NCBI GenBank assembly: GCA_964016885.1
Contig: OZ024741.1
Coordinates: forward strand, 45,074,001-45,138,000
Direction: 5' to 3'
DNA: 64,000 nucleotides
DNA from: Eledone cirrhosa
Lineage: Eukaryota
Positions 57,188 to 64,000 of the stretch are shown piece after piece. The translations under genes were made by a program, and so were the position numbers. Below the pieces are notes generated by a model. That model worked only from the letters and a program-made list of their open reading frames with translations, was not told the DNA's origin and searched no databases. The stretch's first letter is position 1. Each line of letters starts with the position of its first letter.

Positions 57188-60100
57188 AGGACATTTAAAA
57201 TAAATCTAAGGTAAAAGACGAATTGTCAACAATATCTTTTGCAATTGCATTCTTTTTTCTATGTCCATACCTGCATTGTTTTGGCTTTATTATACATATT
57301 CAAACGTTTATACCTCATTACACAATGCTTCAAGTGAACTATAACCTCCTCCTTTCCTTACGCCTGAGCCAGGCCCAGTTCACAACTGTAAAGAAACTCT
57401 TCCAGCTATCTGAAAAGCGCGCATAAGCCGGCTGCCAAATAAACTTGCTAAAACGATGCCTGAATAACAACATCATCCCCAAAACTATCAAAAATTTGCA
57501 CCTACCAACATGCTTCAAATCACCAGGCCTCAAACGATCACTTAGTTACATACAAAAATTCTGCCTAAGAAAACTCATACAACACCTACACCGCACGCTA
57601 CAACATCACATACGGACTATTTCCAGCCTTGTACCACAACTCGCTGAAACCCCAGAACCTCTGTCCAGAGTCATCTCCGCCACTATAGACAGGTCATACC
57701 ACCATCGCCGAGACTTCGAGAACAAGACGGTACCAACACCGAACCTAGCGGCGCCCCGACCAACAAAACACCTGACGCAAAACACCTCGTCACAGACTTG
57801 ACAGGATCCCTCTCCCGAGAGGAATTAGACCTCCTCAGCCTGGGACCCAAGTTCATATTGAAACAGAGACTGGACGACAAATTATGGCTCGACATAGAAA
57901 CGAATTTCTGTCGGGCTGCCTACCAACTAAAATGGATATCGACTCTCGACAACAACACCATCTATCAAACCCAGATTCCCGATATACCAACTTTATCGCC
58001 CACTCTGTCCACCGCCTGCCAACCGCGAGCTTGAAGAAAAACTCTCGAGACTAAAACATTCCGTATTTAACATCTTACAGAAATAGAAGAAGATAGCACC
58101 AAACCTCTCCAGGACACAACAACTCGCCCTGAAGAACCTACGGAATAGGGAACTTATATACTTACCATCCGACAAAGGTAAAGAGTTTTGCGTCATCTCT
58201 CAAGCCACATACAATAACCTAGCCTTTGAACACCTAAGCGACAATGAATTATACACAGAGATCCCGGACATGACTGCAGCCCAGATCGAAAAACAGACCA
58301 ACTCCATTTGGTTCGATATCTGTAGGAGAAGACAACTCCCAAATAAAGTTAAGCTCAATTACACCACTAGAAATAGCAGACTGCCCAATTTCTACCACCT
58401 CATCAGGACCCACAAGAATAGCACTAAGACGCAAAGAAGACCCATCGTCTCTAGCATAGAAGGACCCCTATACAAAATTTCCTGGCTCCTCTCCCAGGTC
58501 CTCAAGCCTCTACTCTGCACCTTTCCCGGGCATGTCAGTAGCTCCGTCGAAGTTATACGTAGACTACACCAACGCCAGCCAGAACAACTTAAACTAAATA
58601 AATACGCTTTTAGCCTCGACGTTGTCTCCCTCTACACTACAGTCCCCGCTCATCCAGCTGTCGATTTATTGACGGACTGCGTGGTCGCAGAGGATATCCA
58701 CTGCTACGGCCTCCACCCAACGGACATACACCAGGTTTTTGTCCTTCACAGTAGACAACACGTACTTCACCATCCACCACCACACATACAGACAGACAAC
58801 AGAATTACCCATGGGATCCAGCCTATCGGGCCTGCTGGCCATCACCTACATGAACCAGCTAGAATGTCGAGCCCTCAACACCTGCCATTCCCATGCCTTC
58901 TTCACCCGATATGTAGATGACATACTCATCCTCACATCATCCCGTGAGGAGGCAGATAAAATATACACAACATTCTCCAGCATGGACGCCAGTATAAAGT
59001 TCAGCATGGAACACCCCGATTACCGCGGATCCCTATCCCTACTGGACTTCCAACTCAGGGTAACAGAGGAAGGCAACATCCACAACTGCTTCTATAAAAA
59101 AGCCGCCAGCAGGGACCTGTTCGTACATTTCAGATTGGCCCTCCCACTCGGTGCCAAGTTCGGATACATAAGGAACGAACTGGCACGTATCCGAAACAAA
59201 TGCACCGACGCTAGAGACCGAGACACACACACCACACATTTCCTGGAAGTACTCAAACTGAACGGATACACGACATCCACCACAAACTTTGCCAGAAAGA
59301 ACAGAGGACACCACACCCGAGGCACTAACACTTGCTTCCTGAAGCTCCCACACTTCAGTGAAGAAACAACAACAGCCATCCGCAGAGCCATCAGACGAGA
59401 AGGACTAGATATCCAACTGGCCCACTCAGGTCCTTCTCTGCGCGGACAGCTAGCCAAAAGGCACTCCACGAGACATGACAACTGCTGCAGACTAGCCAAC
59501 TGTCCCATCAACGACACAGACCTATGCGACCAGGCTTACGTCGTATACAGACTAGAGTGTGAAATGCAACAACTTCTACGTAGGTAGCACCACCAGACCA
59601 CTCCACATAAGAATAAAAGAACACCTCAATACTAACGCTTCCTCATTTAAGAAACACCTAGTTAAATGCAAAAACATCGACAAAACCATAACAGTTAGCA
59701 TAGAAACAAAGGAAAGAAACCTCGGCAATCTTAGAATTATGGAAGCACTAATTATAGATAAAACACAACCACCAATCAATAATAGAACTAGAACTCAACA
59801 CACAATTTATAACCTGATAGGGCTTCTAGCCCCATATTTACACACCCCACACACACGCACGCACAATCACACACGCTTACACCTCCACTTATTCTCTCTC
59901 ACACATACACACACAAAACCAGTTCTAACACCAGATAACACATATCCCCCACATTTACGAATAGACTTATCTTCTCACACTCACACACACTCACATACTT
60001 ACGCCTTCATACATTCTCCCACACACTTAAACAGGCATGTATATAACAAAAAACCTAAACAAACCCCTTTTAAAGGGAGACAACTCTTCATCCACCTAAT

Positions 60101-60354
60101 TTTAACTCTTTGACATTAGAGATAGAACAGATACTCTATACTATTTCCTGTCAGCATGGCTTGGCAAGATATTTAGAACGCTGGTTTGAGACCTTTATTT
60201 CCCTCTGAAGAGGAGATATTATCTCGAAAATTAAGGACATTTAAAATAAATCTAAGGTAAAAGACGAATTGTCAACAATATCTTTTGCAATTGCATTCTT
60301 TTTTCTATGTCCATACCTGCATTGTTTTGGCTTTATTATACATATTCAAACGTT

Positions 60355-60357
<3 letters not shown>
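57188..60357 (+). mobile_element. Full-length Penelope-like element with direct terminal repeats; ORF (~57325-59800) disrupted
   Basis: 57188-57312 repeated at 60234-60357; LLSLGPKF, PSDKG, RPIVS, SLDVVSLYTTVP, PMGS, RYVDD, VVY...C..C...YVGST, RIKEH. Confidence 0.92.
60202..60236 (+). ncRNA. Minimal type I hammerhead in PLE 3' terminal repeat
   Basis: cct CTGAAGA g GAGAT att ATCTC GAAA aT TA agg; palindromic AATT stem III. Confidence 0.8.
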
Positions 60358-63795
<3,438 letters not shown>

Positions 63796-63934
63796 TAGTA
63801 TACTAGGGAGAGGATCAGGGGTGTATAACACTCCACTTATCCAGCAGGCAGTATAAGGTTAGCTCAATGTCTGAGGACAGAGCCGTGATATAATAAATAA
63901 CAAAGAACGCCTATAGCATATGCATATCTTTACT

Positions 63935-63980
63935 TGCTAACATTGTTTCATCCGCACTATAAGTGGGACTCATCAGAGCA
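63935..63980 (-). ncRNA. Type I hammerhead ribozyme
   Basis: tgct CTGATGA GTCCcac ttata gtgcGGAT GAAA caatG TT agca; element runs off the window end. Confidence 0.8.
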
Positions 63981-64000
63981 TAAAGGTTAATTACATACCA

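Overview
AT-rich, repeat-saturated animal genomic DNA; I found no host protein-coding exon. The SINE family and the (TA)n/(CA)n load suggest an octopus or related cephalopod (inference). The window holds: four large Penelope-like retroelements (PLEs, RT + GIY-YIG) plus shorter PLE 3' fragments; RTE and CRE-like LINE fragments; Tc1 and mariner remnants; MITEs; about ten copies of one tRNA-derived SINE; and very long microsatellites, which explain nearly all of the ORF track. The main signal is about 35 type I hammerhead ribozyme (HHR) motifs, read by eye and mostly intact. They sit in PLE terminal repeats and in many non-coding elements inserted in (TA)n. These include two young retrozyme-like tandem arrays (468-bp and 310-bp units). 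Two HHR families share an upstream octamer/PSE-like/TATA block, and two elements start at the predicted ribozyme cleavage site. Coordinates were counted by hand and may be off by a few bases.
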